The notes under the pieces were generated by a model. That model saw nothing but the letters and a program-made list of their open reading frames with translations. It had not been told where the DNA came from and ran no database searches. This document shows positions 9,059 to 21,248 of a DNA stretch of 64,000 nucleotides, in pieces (position 1 is the stretch's first letter; each line of letters starts with the position of its first letter). This stretch comes from an uncultured delta proteobacterium (GTDB lineage: Bacteria > Desulfobacterota > Syntrophia > Syntrophales > Smithellaceae), in assembly GCA_963753975.1 (NCBI GenBank), contig CAVWEH010000001.1:1-64000 (forward strand), in the 5' to 3' direction. The translations under genes and the position numbers were made by a program.

Positions 9059-11203
9059 ATGAAAGATAAATATCGCCAAGACAAAAATATAAAAAAGAAG
9101 CCAAAAGACAGCGAAAGTATCTGGGCACGGGAAGTTTTCAGTAACAGCCGGCAGTCCCTGCAAAGTATTATCGGAAGTTCTCCCATTCCTGCGTTTATAA
9201 TCGGGAAAGACCATCTGGTCATCTACTGGAATAAAGCCCTGGAAGAACTCAGCGGAATCAAGGCCGAAGAGGTGATAGGCACCGGACAGCAATGGCGGGC
9301 GTTCTATAGCACAGAGAGGCCCTGCATGGCCGATTTGCTCGTCGATGAATTCCAGAAAGAGATGACCCATTGGTATACAGGCAAATTCATCAAATCAAAA
9401 TTGATCGACGGCGCGTATGAGGCAACAGATTTCTTTCCGGAACTTGGAAAAAAGGGACGATGGCTGCGCTTTACCGCCGCTATCATCCGCAACTCCAAAG
9501 GCACCGTCGTTGGAGCAATTGAAACGCTGGAAGACATAACGCAGGCAAAACGGGCGGAAGCGGCATTATTGAAAGCCCATGAAGAACTGGAATACAAAGT
9601 CAAGAAACGCACCCATGAATTGGCTAAAACCAACAAAGCTTTGAAAGACACCACGGATCATCTGTCGCTCATCCTGGAGTTCCTTCCTATTGTTTCCTAC
9701 ACCTGTGACGCTGGTAAAAATTTAACAATCACTTTTGTCAGCAACAGCATCAAAGAAATTACCGGATACACCCCTCACCAATTTACGGAGTGCCCTACAT
9801 TCTGGCAGGATCATATTCATCCTGACGATCAAAAAGAGATACTTTCCGAGTTGAAAATGGCTAGGTACAAAGGAACTTACCAGTTTGAGTATCGTTTTCA
9901 GGCGGCCGACGGCTCTTATCGCTGGTTCTCCGATCATCGCCGACTGATCAGGCTGAGCACTCGCTCCGGCAGTTATATGGTCGGCGCCTGGCAGGATATA
10001 ACTGAAGACAGGAGAATCCGCCAGGAGGGGGAACTCCGCCTGCAGCAGCTGATCCAATCCCATAAATTAAAGGCACTAGGTGAGGTCGTAACGGGAGTCG
10101 CCCATGAAATCAATAACCCGGTAAGCTTTATCGCCAATAACATTCCGCTTTTGGAAGAAATGTGGGCCGCCGTCGAACCGATCCTCGCCAGTGACGGCGC
10201 CTCCCATCCGGACTGGGGTGATAAGGGCATCAGTTATGTGGAAGTCTGCACAAATATGAAAGAAATTATTGAGGAGTTTAAAATTGCCTCACAGAGAATC
10301 AAGCGTGTTATTTCCGGACTAAAGGAATTTGCCCGGGCGGACGAAACAGTGCAAATGAAGCCCCTGCAAATTGAGGAAGTCATTCAGGGTGTTTTGATCA
10401 TTGTCGGCGCCCAGGTTCGCAAAACGGTCCCCCGCATCGATCGTTATATTGATAGCAATCTGCCGCCAATCCAGGGACATTTTCAAAAAATTGAGCAAGT
10501 CATCGCTAACCTGCTGATTAACGCGCATCAATCTATTACGCCCGACAGAAAAGGAAGAATAATCATCACCGCAAGAAACATTGAAAGACTCCAATCGATT
10601 CTGATCGAAATTGAAGATAACGGCATCGGCATGGGAAGCGAGGTGCTGGACCATATCTTTGAACCTTTCTTTACGACTAGAAGAGACAGGGAGGGAACGG
10701 GACTTGGTCTTTCCATCTCGTACGGGCTGATCAAAGAACACCGGGGAATAATAGGAGTCCTTTCCCGTCCCGGTCTGGGTAGCAGGTTTTCCGTCTATCT
10801 GCCTCTGGATCCGAAAGGGCAGATTGACATCCGCCCGGCCATACTTTGCTGCGATAGTGATGCCGCTTACATCAACGAAATCAAAGCGGGTTTTGTTGAT
10901 GTTGTTGATTGGCATTGCGGTTCTGATGATACTCCCGAAGATATTATCGCCTATCTGGAGGAGCATCCGGAGGTGGATATTTTTATCTCGGAGATCAAAC
11001 TGCCGGCAATGAACGGATGGGAACTCGTAAAAAAAGTCAAGGAACGCTTCCCGCTTCTGCCCACAATTTTTTATTCCTCCGACACAATGGCTTTGAAACA
11101 AGAAGGAAGGATGGCCATGAAGCCCGATTACCTTCTTAAAAAACCGTTTAGTATGTTACAATTGCAAAATATAATTCGCGAAACGGGAAGGCAAAGATTA
11201 TGA
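9059..11203 (+). CDS. Cytoplasmic hybrid sensor histidine kinase (2 PAS, HisKA, HATPase, degenerate receiver)
   Basis: H-box VAHEINNP, N-box NLLINAHQ, G-boxes EDNGIGM and GTGLGL, C-terminal receiver-like domain (MNGWEL, KKPF), no transmembrane segments. Confidence 0.93.
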   Translation: MKDKYRQDKNIKKKPKDSESIWAREVFSNSRQSLQSIIGSSPIPAFIIGKDHLVIYWNKALEELSGIKAEEVIGTGQQWRAFYSTERPCMADLLVDEFQKEMTHWYTGKFIKSKLIDGAYEATDFFPELGKKGRWLRFTAAIIRNSKGTVVGAIETLEDITQAKRAEAALLKAHEELEYKVKKRTHELAKTNKALKDTTDHLSLILEFLPIVSYTCDAGKNLTITFVSNSIKEITGYTPHQFTECPTFWQDHIHPDDQKEILSELKMARYKGTYQFEYRFQAADGSYRWFSDHRRLIRLSTRSGSYMVGAWQDITEDRRIRQEGELRLQQLIQSHKLKALGEVVTGVAHEINNPVSFIANNIPLLEEMWAAVEPILASDGASHPDWGDKGISYVEVCTNMKEIIEEFKIASQRIKRVISGLKEFARADETVQMKPLQIEEVIQGVLIIVGAQVRKTVPRIDRYIDSNLPPIQGHFQKIEQVIANLLINAHQSITPDRKGRIIITARNIERLQSILIEIEDNGIGMGSEVLDHIFEPFFTTRRDREGTGLGLSISYGLIKEHRGIIGVLSRPGLGSRFSVYLPLDPKGQIDIRPAILCCDSDAAYINEIKAGFVDVVDWHCGSDDTPEDIIAYLEEHPEVDIFISEIKLPAMNGWELVKKVKERFPLLPTIFYSSDTMALKQEGRMAMKPDYLLKKPFSMLQLQNIIRETGRQRL

Positions 11204-12568
11204 GGATCCTGATTGTCGATGATGAAGAAGTCTCCCTGAATTCGGTGAAACGGCTGCTCAAATGGCGGGGCATCAGGAACGTGGACATCTGTGATAACGG
11301 CAGGGAGGCCATTGAGAGAGTTAGAGAAACGGATTTCGATATCGTGCTTCTCGATCTGCTCATGCCGGAAGTAGATGGTTTGCAGGTTCTGGAATCTACA
11401 AGACCTTACCGTCCCCATACCGAATTCGTCATCCTCACGGCCATTGATGACATTCCCACCACGGTAAAGGCTATTCGTTTGGGCGCTTATGATTATCTGG
11501 TCAAACCGGTAGATAACGATCTCCTTTTTCTGGCCATTAAAAGAGCCTATGAACATAGGGGACTGCTCATCGGTTTGTCGGTAACGGCAGGTGACGATAA
11601 GAGGGAGGTTCCGGATGCCTTTTCTGAGACTATCACCCAGTCTCCTCAAATGCGTTCGCTGTCTATCCTATGCCCAGGTTATGGCCGGCAGTGGCAATCC
11701 CATAATGATCACCGGCGAATCGGGAACCGGCAAGGAATTGGTTGCCAAAGGTATTCACCGGGCGGGACCAATGCCCAAAGGTCCCTTTATTGCCGTTAAC
11801 GTCAGCGCTATTCCGGCCACCATGTTTGAGAGCCAATTTTTTGGTCATGCCAAAGGAGCTTTCACCGGCGCGGAGACGCCGCACCGGGGCTATTTCGAAC
11901 AGGCCGACGGCGGAACTTTGTTTCTCGACGAAATTGGGGAATTGCCGATCGCCCTGCAGGCGAAACTGTTGCGTGTGCTGGAAGAAAAATCTTTCTATCC
12001 TCTCGGTGCAGCAAAACCGATCTGGGTGGATGTAAGAGTTATATCCGCTTCCAACAGGGACCTCGATCATGCCTGCCAGGAGGGTAATTTCAGGCTGGAT
12101 TTGCTCTACCGTCTGAAATCAGCCCACATTCATCTACCTTCTTTAAGAGAAAGACCAGGTGATATTCCCTTGCTTGCATGCCATTTCCTCCGCAAGGCAC
12201 TTCACAGTTATAACAAGGAAGGCATCGGTTTTAGCCCCGACGCCATGGATTTATTAACCGGCAGAGATTACCCCGGCAATGTTCGTGAATTGTCTCAAAT
12301 CATCGAAAATGCCGTCCTCTTGGCCGACTCCAATCTTATTCTCCCTCATCATCTGGGCATGACATCAACGATACAATCCCCCTTCGCCCGCCACTTATGC
12401 ACCTTGAAGGAAAACGATGAAGCGCATCTGGTTTATGTTTTGACCAATACCAATGGGGATCGCAGTAAGGTCGCACAAATTCTGGGAATAACCGTCAGAC
12501 AGCTGCAGAGGAAAATTGCCGCCATGAAAAAAAATTCCCGGTGGGAATCAATCCTGCGCGACATTTGA
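11200..12568 (+). CDS. NtrC-family sigma54-dependent response regulator, frameshifted near 11662
   Basis: Receiver (ILIVDD, DLLMP, KP), then GESGTGKE, GAFTGA, LFLDEIGE and a C-terminal HTH. One extra base in CTGTCTATCC separates the halves. Confidence 0.92.
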
Positions 12569-12684
12569 GTCGTCCGGGGTGACAAAAAGGTCTCTATTGG
12601 TAAGCTCCTGTATTTTAAAAATATTGTTGCTTTCAGATGTATTTAAATCTTCCCGCATAACTTTTCCGACGACGTTTATTTCGC
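12558..12684. promoter_or_regulatory. Candidate enhancer (UAS) sites for the sigma54 activator
   Basis: Three imperfect GCGAC-N6-GTCGC palindromes at 12558-12573, 12579-12594 (21 bp apart) and 12669-12684. Confidence 0.45.
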
Positions 12685-12885
12685 TTTTGCCGTCCGTCAC
12701 ATTACATTTTATAATTAATCAATAGCATTTAAGTAAAAATAAAAAACTTAACCTACCGGCAAAGACGGAAAGCCATAACACCTTAAAATAAATGGATTCT
12801 ATATTTAGCGGACAGGACAGATAGAAATAAATTCGGGCTTTATTTATGAGGCAACCAGACATCAAAATATAGAAAGAATTTTCTA

Positions 12886-12901
12886 TGGCATAGCCGTTGC
12901 T
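12886..12901 (+). promoter_or_regulatory. sigma54 (-24/-12) promoter
   Basis: TGGCAT-AGCCG-TTGCT matches TGGCAC-N5-TTGCW. Lies 30 nt upstream of ATG 12932 and follows an AT-rich spacer. Confidence 0.85.
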
Positions 12902-12931
12902 CTTATCTTTAATTTAAGGAAAAGAGCGGCT

Positions 12932-13402
12932 ATGAAAGCTTTTGTCACAAAACTGGTTGATTTGACTCAAAAGAATGCGGAAACGATTGCCAAACAATGG
13001 GCCAAGGACGTAAAAACTAACGCCAGGACTTATACCTATCATGACTCATCAGAAGACAAAATTATTCTTCAAGCCAAAGATTTTTACCGTAATTTTCAAA
13101 TGATGTTTTTTCACGAAGCGCCTTTTGAACAAGCCGAAGAAATTTTCGAGGCGTACGCGGAGGAAAGATACAGAGAAGGAATTCCCCTTCATGAGGCTAT
13201 CTATGCCCTGATTCTGATGAGGAGGCACATGTGGTTATACGCGGAGTTTCAATCCATGTTTAATACAGAGGTAGAACACCGGCAGGCGGTGGAAAGCCTC
13301 AGCCGGACAATCCTTATGTTCGACTACATTATGTATGTCATTACCAGAAAATACTGGAAAATAATGAAACTGGAATGGCTGGCGAAAAAAAATACGCAGT
13401 GA
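12932..13402 (+). CDS. RsbRD_N/HisK_N-like helical (non-heme globin-like) domain protein, paralogue 1
   Basis: IAKQWAKDV...Y...YAEERYREGIPLHEAIYALILMRRHMW pattern; clearly similar to the next ORF. Confidence 0.6.
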   Translation: MKAFVTKLVDLTQKNAETIAKQWAKDVKTNARTYTYHDSSEDKIILQAKDFYRNFQMMFFHEAPFEQAEEIFEAYAEERYREGIPLHEAIYALILMRRHMWLYAEFQSMFNTEVEHRQAVESLSRTILMFDYIMYVITRKYWKIMKLEWLAKKNTQ

Positions 13403-13471
13403 TTGACAAGATGGATTCAATCAAGTGAGGATTTTTTATCAGAATGACTCTTTGAAAGGAGGGATGAAGGA

Positions 13472-14299
13472 ATGCAAGCTTATGCTGCAAAACTTATTGA
13501 CCTTATAGAAAGCAAGGCCGAAAATATTGCCAAACAATGGGCCAAGGACGTGATGACGCATAGCAGAACGCCTTCGTATCACTCTCTGCCGAAAGACATG
13601 GTGATCGAACAGGGAATCAATTTTTACAGGCTCTTTCGTCAAATGTCTTTGGCCGAAATCCCGTATGAAGAAGCCAAGACATTTTCCTGGAAATATGCCG
13701 AAGAATTCTACAACGAAAAGATACCTCTCCATGAAGCTTTATACGCCTTGATCCTGATGAGGCGAAATCTTTGGCTTTACGCGGAATTTCAGGGGACTTT
13801 TTTTACAGCCCTGGAAAAGCAGCAGGCGGTGGAAAGTTTGAATAGAACGATTCTTATGTTCGACTATGTCTCCTATCAGGTTACGGAGAAATACCAAGGG
13901 TTGACCGTTGGCGATGTTGAAAAAAAGCTGGGCGCCATCAAAACACTAATGATGAAAGGACTCATTGGCGGTAAAAAAAACATCTATAAAGCCGGACTGA
14001 TGGCTATCTTTCTCCTTAGCGCCTGTATTCTCACCTATTATTATCATGCAACCCTCAAAACAGAAGGGCTTTTCACTCATCTCTTCTATATTCCAATCAT
14101 TCTGGCCTCGATCTGGTGGGGTAAGAGAGGTATCTTTGTTGCCTTTTTTCTTGGTCTCCTGATTTTAACCGGCCATGAGCTCTTCTTGAAAGAGTCTCCC
14201 TTCATATATGATGTTATTCGCGCGTTTATGTTTCTTGTCATTGGTGGTGTCGTAGGCTGGCTGATGGAAGGCATTAAAAAAGTGGAAGAGCTGTATTAA
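13472..14299 (+). CDS. RsbRD_N/HisK_N-like domain fused to ~4 C-terminal TM helices (DUF4118-like), paralogue 2
   Basis: N-terminal 140 aa align with the previous ORF. Hydrophobic C-terminus contains THLFYIPIILASIWWG. Confidence 0.6.
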   Translation: MQAYAAKLIDLIESKAENIAKQWAKDVMTHSRTPSYHSLPKDMVIEQGINFYRLFRQMSLAEIPYEEAKTFSWKYAEEFYNEKIPLHEALYALILMRRNLWLYAEFQGTFFTALEKQQAVESLNRTILMFDYVSYQVTEKYQGLTVGDVEKKLGAIKTLMMKGLIGGKKNIYKAGLMAIFLLSACILTYYYHATLKTEGLFTHLFYIPIILASIWWGKRGIFVAFFLGLLILTGHELFLKESPFIYDVIRAFMFLVIGGVVGWLMEGIKKVEELY

Positions 14300-14324
14300 G
14301 AACTTTACAGCATAAATTCGATAA

Positions 14325-16098
<1,774 letters not shown>

Positions 16099-16204
16099 TA
16101 TGGCCAAGCAAAAATCTTATATCTTTAGTATCGGTAGCATTTGGCAGGGAGTGTTCCAAACCAGAGATGGGAAGTTTTACGAACCTATAGGAGTTTAAAA
16201 AGAT

Positions 16205-16546
16205 ATGGTCGAAATAAAACGCACATCAGGTCAGAGACGCCGGCAGATCGCCGATCACTTTGCGGATAAAGTCGCCCAAAAGGAATCTCTGCGCCTTAAG
16301 GCAATGCGGCATAAAGATGAAACTGTTTGGTTCGGCGTAGGAATGTTCGGGATTGTCGGTTGGTCGGTGGCAATTCCCACCCTCATCGGAATAGCACTGG
16401 GGCTCTGGATCGACCGTACCTGGCCGAGCCGTTATTCCTGGGCGCTGATGTTTCTGATTATCGGCGTGGTGCTGGGATGTCTCAATGCCGCGTATTGGGT
16501 AAGAAAAGTCAGAAGCAAAATTGTCAATGAAGATGATGATGAATGA
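16205..16546 (+). CDS. atpQ: N-ATPase AtpQ (AtpZ/AtpI-like) membrane protein
   Basis: GMFGIVGWSVAIPTLIG...GLWID motif and operon position. Confidence 0.85.
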   Translation: MVEIKRTSGQRRRQIADHFADKVAQKESLRLKAMRHKDETVWFGVGMFGIVGWSVAIPTLIGIALGLWIDRTWPSRYSWALMFLIIGVVLGCLNAAYWVRKVRSKIVNEDDDE

Positions 16547-16832
16547 TTTAAAAATCATAACGATAGTTATTCTTTTTCTGGCATTTGCGGCGGGACTGGC
16601 CTTGGGAACTTTTTACTTTATCGCCCTCTGGCGTACCGTGAAGAGGCTTCCGGATACGCCCAATCCTGTGCGTCTGATGCTAAGCAGTTTTGTTTTGCGT
16701 ATGGCTGTGGTGCTGCCCGGATTTTATTTTGTAATGGGCGGAGAATGGCAGCGACTGGCCACAGCGCTCATGGGTTTCGTTTTAATGAGGATGATTCTCA
16801 CCCGCCGTCTGGGAATAGATAAAGCAATTTAG
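16533..16832 (+). CDS. atpR: N-ATPase AtpR subunit (start codon uncertain, 16527-16539)
   Basis: YFIALWRTV, SFVLRM and GFVLMR membrane-embedded Arg residues; operon position. Confidence 0.85.
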   Translation: MMMNDLKIITIVILFLAFAAGLALGTFYFIALWRTVKRLPDTPNPVRLMLSSFVLRMAVVLPGFYFVMGGEWQRLATALMGFVLMRMILTRRLGIDKAI

Positions 16833-16872
16833 AATATTATAAGGTTCTTCCAAATCCTGCTCAGGAGTTGAA

Positions 16873-17598
16873 ATGGAAATAGTAGCCATCAATCAGATCA
16901 GCCCGGATCAAGTTATTCTCTGGACCTGGGGTTTTATCACCATCAATGTAACCATTGTCTTTACATGGCTGGTTATGGCTATTCTCGTCGTCGGCTCCTG
17001 GCTTATTACACGCAATCTTTCGAGCGGTATCAATGTTTCCCGTTGGCAGCATTTTCTGGAAGTGGTTATCTCCACCATCCGCGGAGAAATCAGGGAAATG
17101 ACCAAGAAGGGAGTCGATGACTATGTTCCCTTGATCGGCACTTTATTCCTTTTTATCTGCGTCTCCAATGTGCTGGCTATTGTTCCGGGATATGTACCGC
17201 CCACGGCATCGATAACCACGACAGCGGCGCTGGCACTTTGCGTATTTATTGCCGTTCCTTTTTACGGTATTTCCAGAAACGGAGTGCTTCATTATTTAAA
17301 AGAATACTTTCAGCCCAATTTTATCTTTTTCCCGTTCCATGTCATGGGTGAAATATCCAGGACGCTCGCCCTCACGGTTCGATTGTTCGGTAATATCATG
17401 AGTCATGAGAAAGTTATCGGCATTCTTCTGTCGGTGACACCCCTGGTATTCCCCGTCATCATGCAGGCTTTGGGACTTTTGATCGGAGTGATCCAGGCCT
17501 ACATTTTTGCCATACTTTCTATGGTGTACATCGCTTCGGCAACGAGCGCCCACGAAGATACACATAAAACCGAGGTCAGCGCAGGCATAGAGGCCTGA
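16873..17598 (+). CDS. atpB: N-ATPase a subunit
   Basis: SRTLALTVRLFGNI and IQAYIF motifs. Confidence 0.95.
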   Translation: MEIVAINQISPDQVILWTWGFITINVTIVFTWLVMAILVVGSWLITRNLSSGINVSRWQHFLEVVISTIRGEIREMTKKGVDDYVPLIGTLFLFICVSNVLAIVPGYVPPTASITTTAALALCVFIAVPFYGISRNGVLHYLKEYFQPNFIFFPFHVMGEISRTLALTVRLFGNIMSHEKVIGILLSVTPLVFPVIMQALGLLIGVIQAYIFAILSMVYIASATSAHEDTHKTEVSAGIEA

Positions 17599-17631
17599 TT
17601 AATCAATAACTTTATATAAGGAGGAGTTTTT

Positions 17632-17907
17632 ATGGATAAATTGAGTTTAGTTGCAGTAGCTTCGATCATTGCTGCGGGCATAACAATGGCAATAGGTTCT
17701 ATTGGACCGGCTCTGGGACAAGGACGGGCGATTCAGCAGGCTCTTGCCGCCATCGCCCAGCAACCCGATGAGCGCAATTCTTTGACACGAACCCTTTTTG
17801 TGGGACTCGCCATGATCGAATCAATCGCCATTTACTGCTTTGTTATTTCCATGATTGTAATCTTTGCAAATCCTTTCTGGGGCTATTTTGTAAAGGCAGG
17901 GGGATAA
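17632..17907 (+). CDS. atpE: N-ATPase c subunit
   Basis: GPALGQG, QQP loop and AMIESIAIY. Confidence 0.95.
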   Translation: MDKLSLVAVASIIAAGITMAIGSIGPALGQGRAIQQALAAIAQQPDERNSLTRTLFVGLAMIESIAIYCFVISMIVIFANPFWGYFVKAGG

Positions 17908-17910
17908 TCC

Positions 17911-18681
17911 ATGCATATCGACTGGTTTGTTTTGTTTTGCCAAATCTTCAATTTCCTGCTGCTCGTCTATCTGTTGAAGCGCTTCCTGTACGGGCGGATC
18001 ATTAAAGCGATGGACGACAGAGAGGCAACAATCGCCGCACGTTTTGCCGAGGCTGAGAAAATGAAAGTGGCGGCGGCTGAGGCAACCGAGATCTATGACA
18101 AGAAGAACCAGTTGCTTACCGAGAAATCGGAACAATTGCTGAATGATGCGGCTGTGGCCGCCGAAGCTAAGCGGAAAGAGCTCATGGAAAAGGTGCGGGA
18201 AGACGTCGACGCGGTAAAATCTCGCTGGCAGGATATGTTGATGAGAGAAAAGGATGCTTTTTTTCAGGATCTCCGCGGGCGGGCGGCCCGGCAGATTTAT
18301 GCCACTGCCCGACGGGCATTGACGGATCTGGCCGATCAAGACCTGGAGGCGCGGATTGTCGATGAATTTATCCGACGGGTCCGGGAATTGGACAAAGAAA
18401 AATCCGCACAAATTCGCAAAGCTATTGCCGGTGGCGGCAATAGAGTAACTGTACAGAGCGCTTTCGATATTCCGCCGGAAACGAAAGACCGGATAGAGCA
18501 GGCTTTAAAAAAGCAGATCACCAAAGGCTTTACGATCAATTATTCAATGAAGCCGGAGGTCGTTTCCGGCATAGAGATGCGGGTGAACGGGCATAAGATC
18601 GCCTGGAGTCTGAATGAGTATCTGGAAACACTGGTGGAAAATTTGACCGAAACCCTTCAGAAAGAAGCGCACAGCGGATAG
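17911..18681 (+). CDS. atpF: N-ATPase b subunit with delta-like C-terminal extension
   Basis: IDWF...QIFNFLLLVYLLKRFLY, long coiled coil, C-terminal GIEMRVNGHKIAWSL; no separate atpH gene. Confidence 0.93.
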   Translation: MHIDWFVLFCQIFNFLLLVYLLKRFLYGRIIKAMDDREATIAARFAEAEKMKVAAAEATEIYDKKNQLLTEKSEQLLNDAAVAAEAKRKELMEKVREDVDAVKSRWQDMLMREKDAFFQDLRGRAARQIYATARRALTDLADQDLEARIVDEFIRRVRELDKEKSAQIRKAIAGGGNRVTVQSAFDIPPETKDRIEQALKKQITKGFTINYSMKPEVVSGIEMRVNGHKIAWSLNEYLETLVENLTETLQKEAHSG

Positions 18682-18706
18682 CAGGGAATATTGAGGGAGG
18701 AGTAGA

Positions 18707-20275
18707 ATGAGCGAACAAGTTAATATAACCGAAACTAAAGAGTTAAAAACTTTTCTTGATGATACCTTTTCGACCATGGATAAGGTTTTAAAAAAACAGA
18801 AACCTGAACTGCGGCAATACGAAATCGGCACAATTCAATTTGTGGGTCGTGATATCGCCAGAGTCAGCGGACTACCGAATATCCGCGCGGAGGAACTGGT
18901 GCGATTTTCCGGAAATTACATGGGACTTGTCTTCAATATAGACCCGGAGGAAATAGGGATTGTCCTTCTTGATCCCAGTGAAAATCTTCAGGTAGGAGAG
19001 GAAGTCCACCGCACCCAGCGCGTTCTCGACGTTCCTGTCGGTGAAGGTCTTTTGGGACGGGTGGTTGATCCTCTGGGTCGTCCCCTGGACGGTCTGGGAG
19101 AAATTAATACAGTCAAGAGGCTTCCGGTAGAAAGGCCGGCTCCTGCAGTCATGGACCGAGCCCCGGTGACCGTTCCGCTGCAGACGGGAATTAAGGTAAT
19201 CGATGCTCTCATTCCCATCGGCCGCGGACAGCGGGAACTGATACTGGGCGATCGTCAGACCGGAAAGACCGCCATCGCGGTAGACACAATCATCAACCAG
19301 AAAGAAACAGGAATCATCTCTATTTATTGCGCAGTCGGCAAAAAGAGCGCCGATGTAGCCAAAGTTATAGCTGATTTACGCGACCGCGGTGTGATGCAAT
19401 CTTGTATCGTTGTTGTGGCTACAGGCGAAGACACACCCGGCCTGCAGTTTGTTGCACCCTATGCAGCAACAACAATGGGAGAATATTTCATGGAGCAGGG
19501 CCGTGATGTCCTCATTATTTACGATGATCTCACCTCTCACGCGCGCGCTTACCGCGAGGTTTCTCTGCTTTTGCGGCGCCCTCCGGGACGTGAGGCTTTC
19601 CCCGGTGATATTTTTTACATTCATTCCCGTCTGCTGGAGCGATCGACTCATTTACGCCCCGAATTGGGCGGAGGATCGCTGACCTCTTTGCCGATTACGG
19701 AAACCGAAGCGCAGGATCTATCATCATATATCCCCACAAATCTTATTTCCATTACGGACGGACAAATTTACCTGTCCCCTGTTCTCTTCAATAAAGGAAT
19801 CCTGCCCGCTGTCGATGTCGGAAAGTCGGTTTCGCGTGTGGGCGGTAAAACACAGCTGCCCGCTTACCGCTCCGTGGCCGGTGATCTGCGCCTTTCCTAC
19901 TCGCAGTTTGAGGAACTGGAATCGTTTTCCCGCTTCGGAACGCGACTTGACGAGAGCACCCGTAAAACCCTGGAGCGCGGGTGGCGTGTCCGGGAAATAT
20001 TGAAACAAGGACAATACAAACCTCTACGCGCATCGGAACAGATCGTCTCGCTACTTTCCGTAACAGGAGGATGTCTGGATGGTGTTCCGACAGAGAAAGT
20101 GCGAGAAGCAGAAACTCACCTTCTTCAGTCAGTAACTGAGCAACTGCCCGAATTGTGCCGGAGTATTGAAGCAGGAAACAAACTGGAGATGTCGGATCGG
20201 GAAAGCGTTTTAAAAAAGGTCAAAGCTGACGTTGCTCCCTTTGAAGTTACAGAGGAAGTTGATGCAAACAACTGA
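18707..20275 (+). CDS. atpA: N-ATPase alpha subunit
   Basis: [20 protein letters not shown] and SITDGQI motifs. Confidence 0.97.
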   Translation: MSEQVNITETKELKTFLDDTFSTMDKVLKKQKPELRQYEIGTIQFVGRDIARVSGLPNIRAEELVRFSGNYMGLVFNIDPEEIGIVLLDPSENLQVGEEVHRTQRVLDVPVGEGLLGRVVDPLGRPLDGLGEINTVKRLPVERPAPAVMDRAPVTVPLQTGIKVIDALIPIGRGQRELILGDRQTGKTAIAVDTIINQKETGIISIYCAVGKKSADVAKVIADLRDRGVMQSCIVVVATGEDTPGLQFVAPYAATTMGEYFMEQGRDVLIIYDDLTSHARAYREVSLLLRRPPGREAFPGDIFYIHSRLLERSTHLRPELGGGSLTSLPITETEAQDLSSYIPTNLISITDGQIYLSPVLFNKGILPAVDVGKSVSRVGGKTQLPAYRSVAGDLRLSYSQFEELESFSRFGTRLDESTRKTLERGWRVREILKQGQYKPLRASEQIVSLLSVTGGCLDGVPTEKVREAETHLLQSVTEQLPELCRSIEAGNKLEMSDRESVLKKVKADVAPFEVTEEVDANN

Positions 20276-21248
20276 GTCCATTAAAAGAAAGATTAAGAGC
20301 GCAGGGGATCTTCTTTCCGTCGTCAAGACTATGAAGGCTTTGGCTGCGGTTAGTATCCGTCAATATCAGCGGGCTGTCGAATCCCTTACCGATTACAACA
20401 GGGCGGTCGAAATGGGTCTGCAGATTGTTCTGAAAGAGCGAATGGAGCCACCGGCACAGACAAAGGCCCCAACAGTGAAGCGTCTCGGCGCTATCGTTTT
20501 CGGTTCCGATCAAGGATTGTGCGGCCAGCTGAACGAACAGATTTCCGTTTTTAGTTTGGAACATATGAAGAATATCGGCATCAAGAAGGAAAATCGTATG
20601 GTCCTGTCTGTCGGTGCGCGGGTGGCCGATTATGTAGAGGATGCGGGACAGCCGATCTATGAGGTTTTAACTACGCCTAGTTCGACGGCTGGAATTTCAC
20701 CGCTTGTCCAGGAAATAATAATGATTATTGATGAGTGGCATTTCCGCCATCAGGTCGACCATTTTTTGCTTTTTTATAATAAATATCTAACGGGAGCCTC
20801 CTACACCCCTCATCTGGTTCAGCTCCTTCCCGTCAACCGGGACTGGCTAAGAGAAATTGCTCAAAAAAAATGGGATTCCAAATCACTGCCTATTTTCAGG
20901 ATGGATGGCGACCTCATCTTTTCCTCTTTGATCAGAGAATATCTCTTTGTTTCCTTATACCGCGCTTTTGCGGAATCTCTGGCCAGCGAAAATGCAAGCC
21001 GTCTGGCCTCGATGCAGAATGCCGAAAAAAATATCGAAGAGCAGATGCAGGAACTTCATGGGCAGTTTCACCGGCAGCGCCAGATGACCATTACGGAAGA
21101 GTTATTGGATATTGTGGCCGGCTTTGAGGCATTGAGTGAAGAAAAGGGACAAAAAATCGTCAGTCAGAAAGAGGGTGAAAGTCATGACGGTAGAAAAACA
21201 CATATGCGGCATATGCGCTTGGCGCAGAGAATGCCAAAAAAGGTTTAA
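20262..21248 (+). CDS. atpG: N-ATPase gamma subunit
   Basis: [28 protein letters not shown] and [15 protein letters not shown] motifs. Confidence 0.96.
   Translation: MQTTESIKRKIKSAGDLLSVVKTMKALAAVSIRQYQRAVESLTDYNRAVEMGLQIVLKERMEPPAQTKAPTVKRLGAIVFGSDQGLCGQLNEQISVFSLEHMKNIGIKKENRMVLSVGARVADYVEDAGQPIYEVLTTPSSTAGISPLVQEIIMIIDEWHFRHQVDHFLLFYNKYLTGASYTPHLVQLLPVNRDWLREIAQKKWDSKSLPIFRMDGDLIFSSLIREYLFVSLYRAFAESLASENASRLASMQNAEKNIEEQMQELHGQFHRQRQMTITEELLDIVAGFEALSEEKGQKIVSQKEGESHDGRKTHMRHMRLAQRMPKKV

Noticed and set aside
12755..12790. GGCAAA-GACGGAAAGCC resembling a c-di-GMP-I/GEMM riboswitch
   Set aside because: The P2 stem-loop between GGCAAA and GACG is absent, I see no 3' P1 strand, and it lies upstream of the sigma54 promoter. 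At most a relic.
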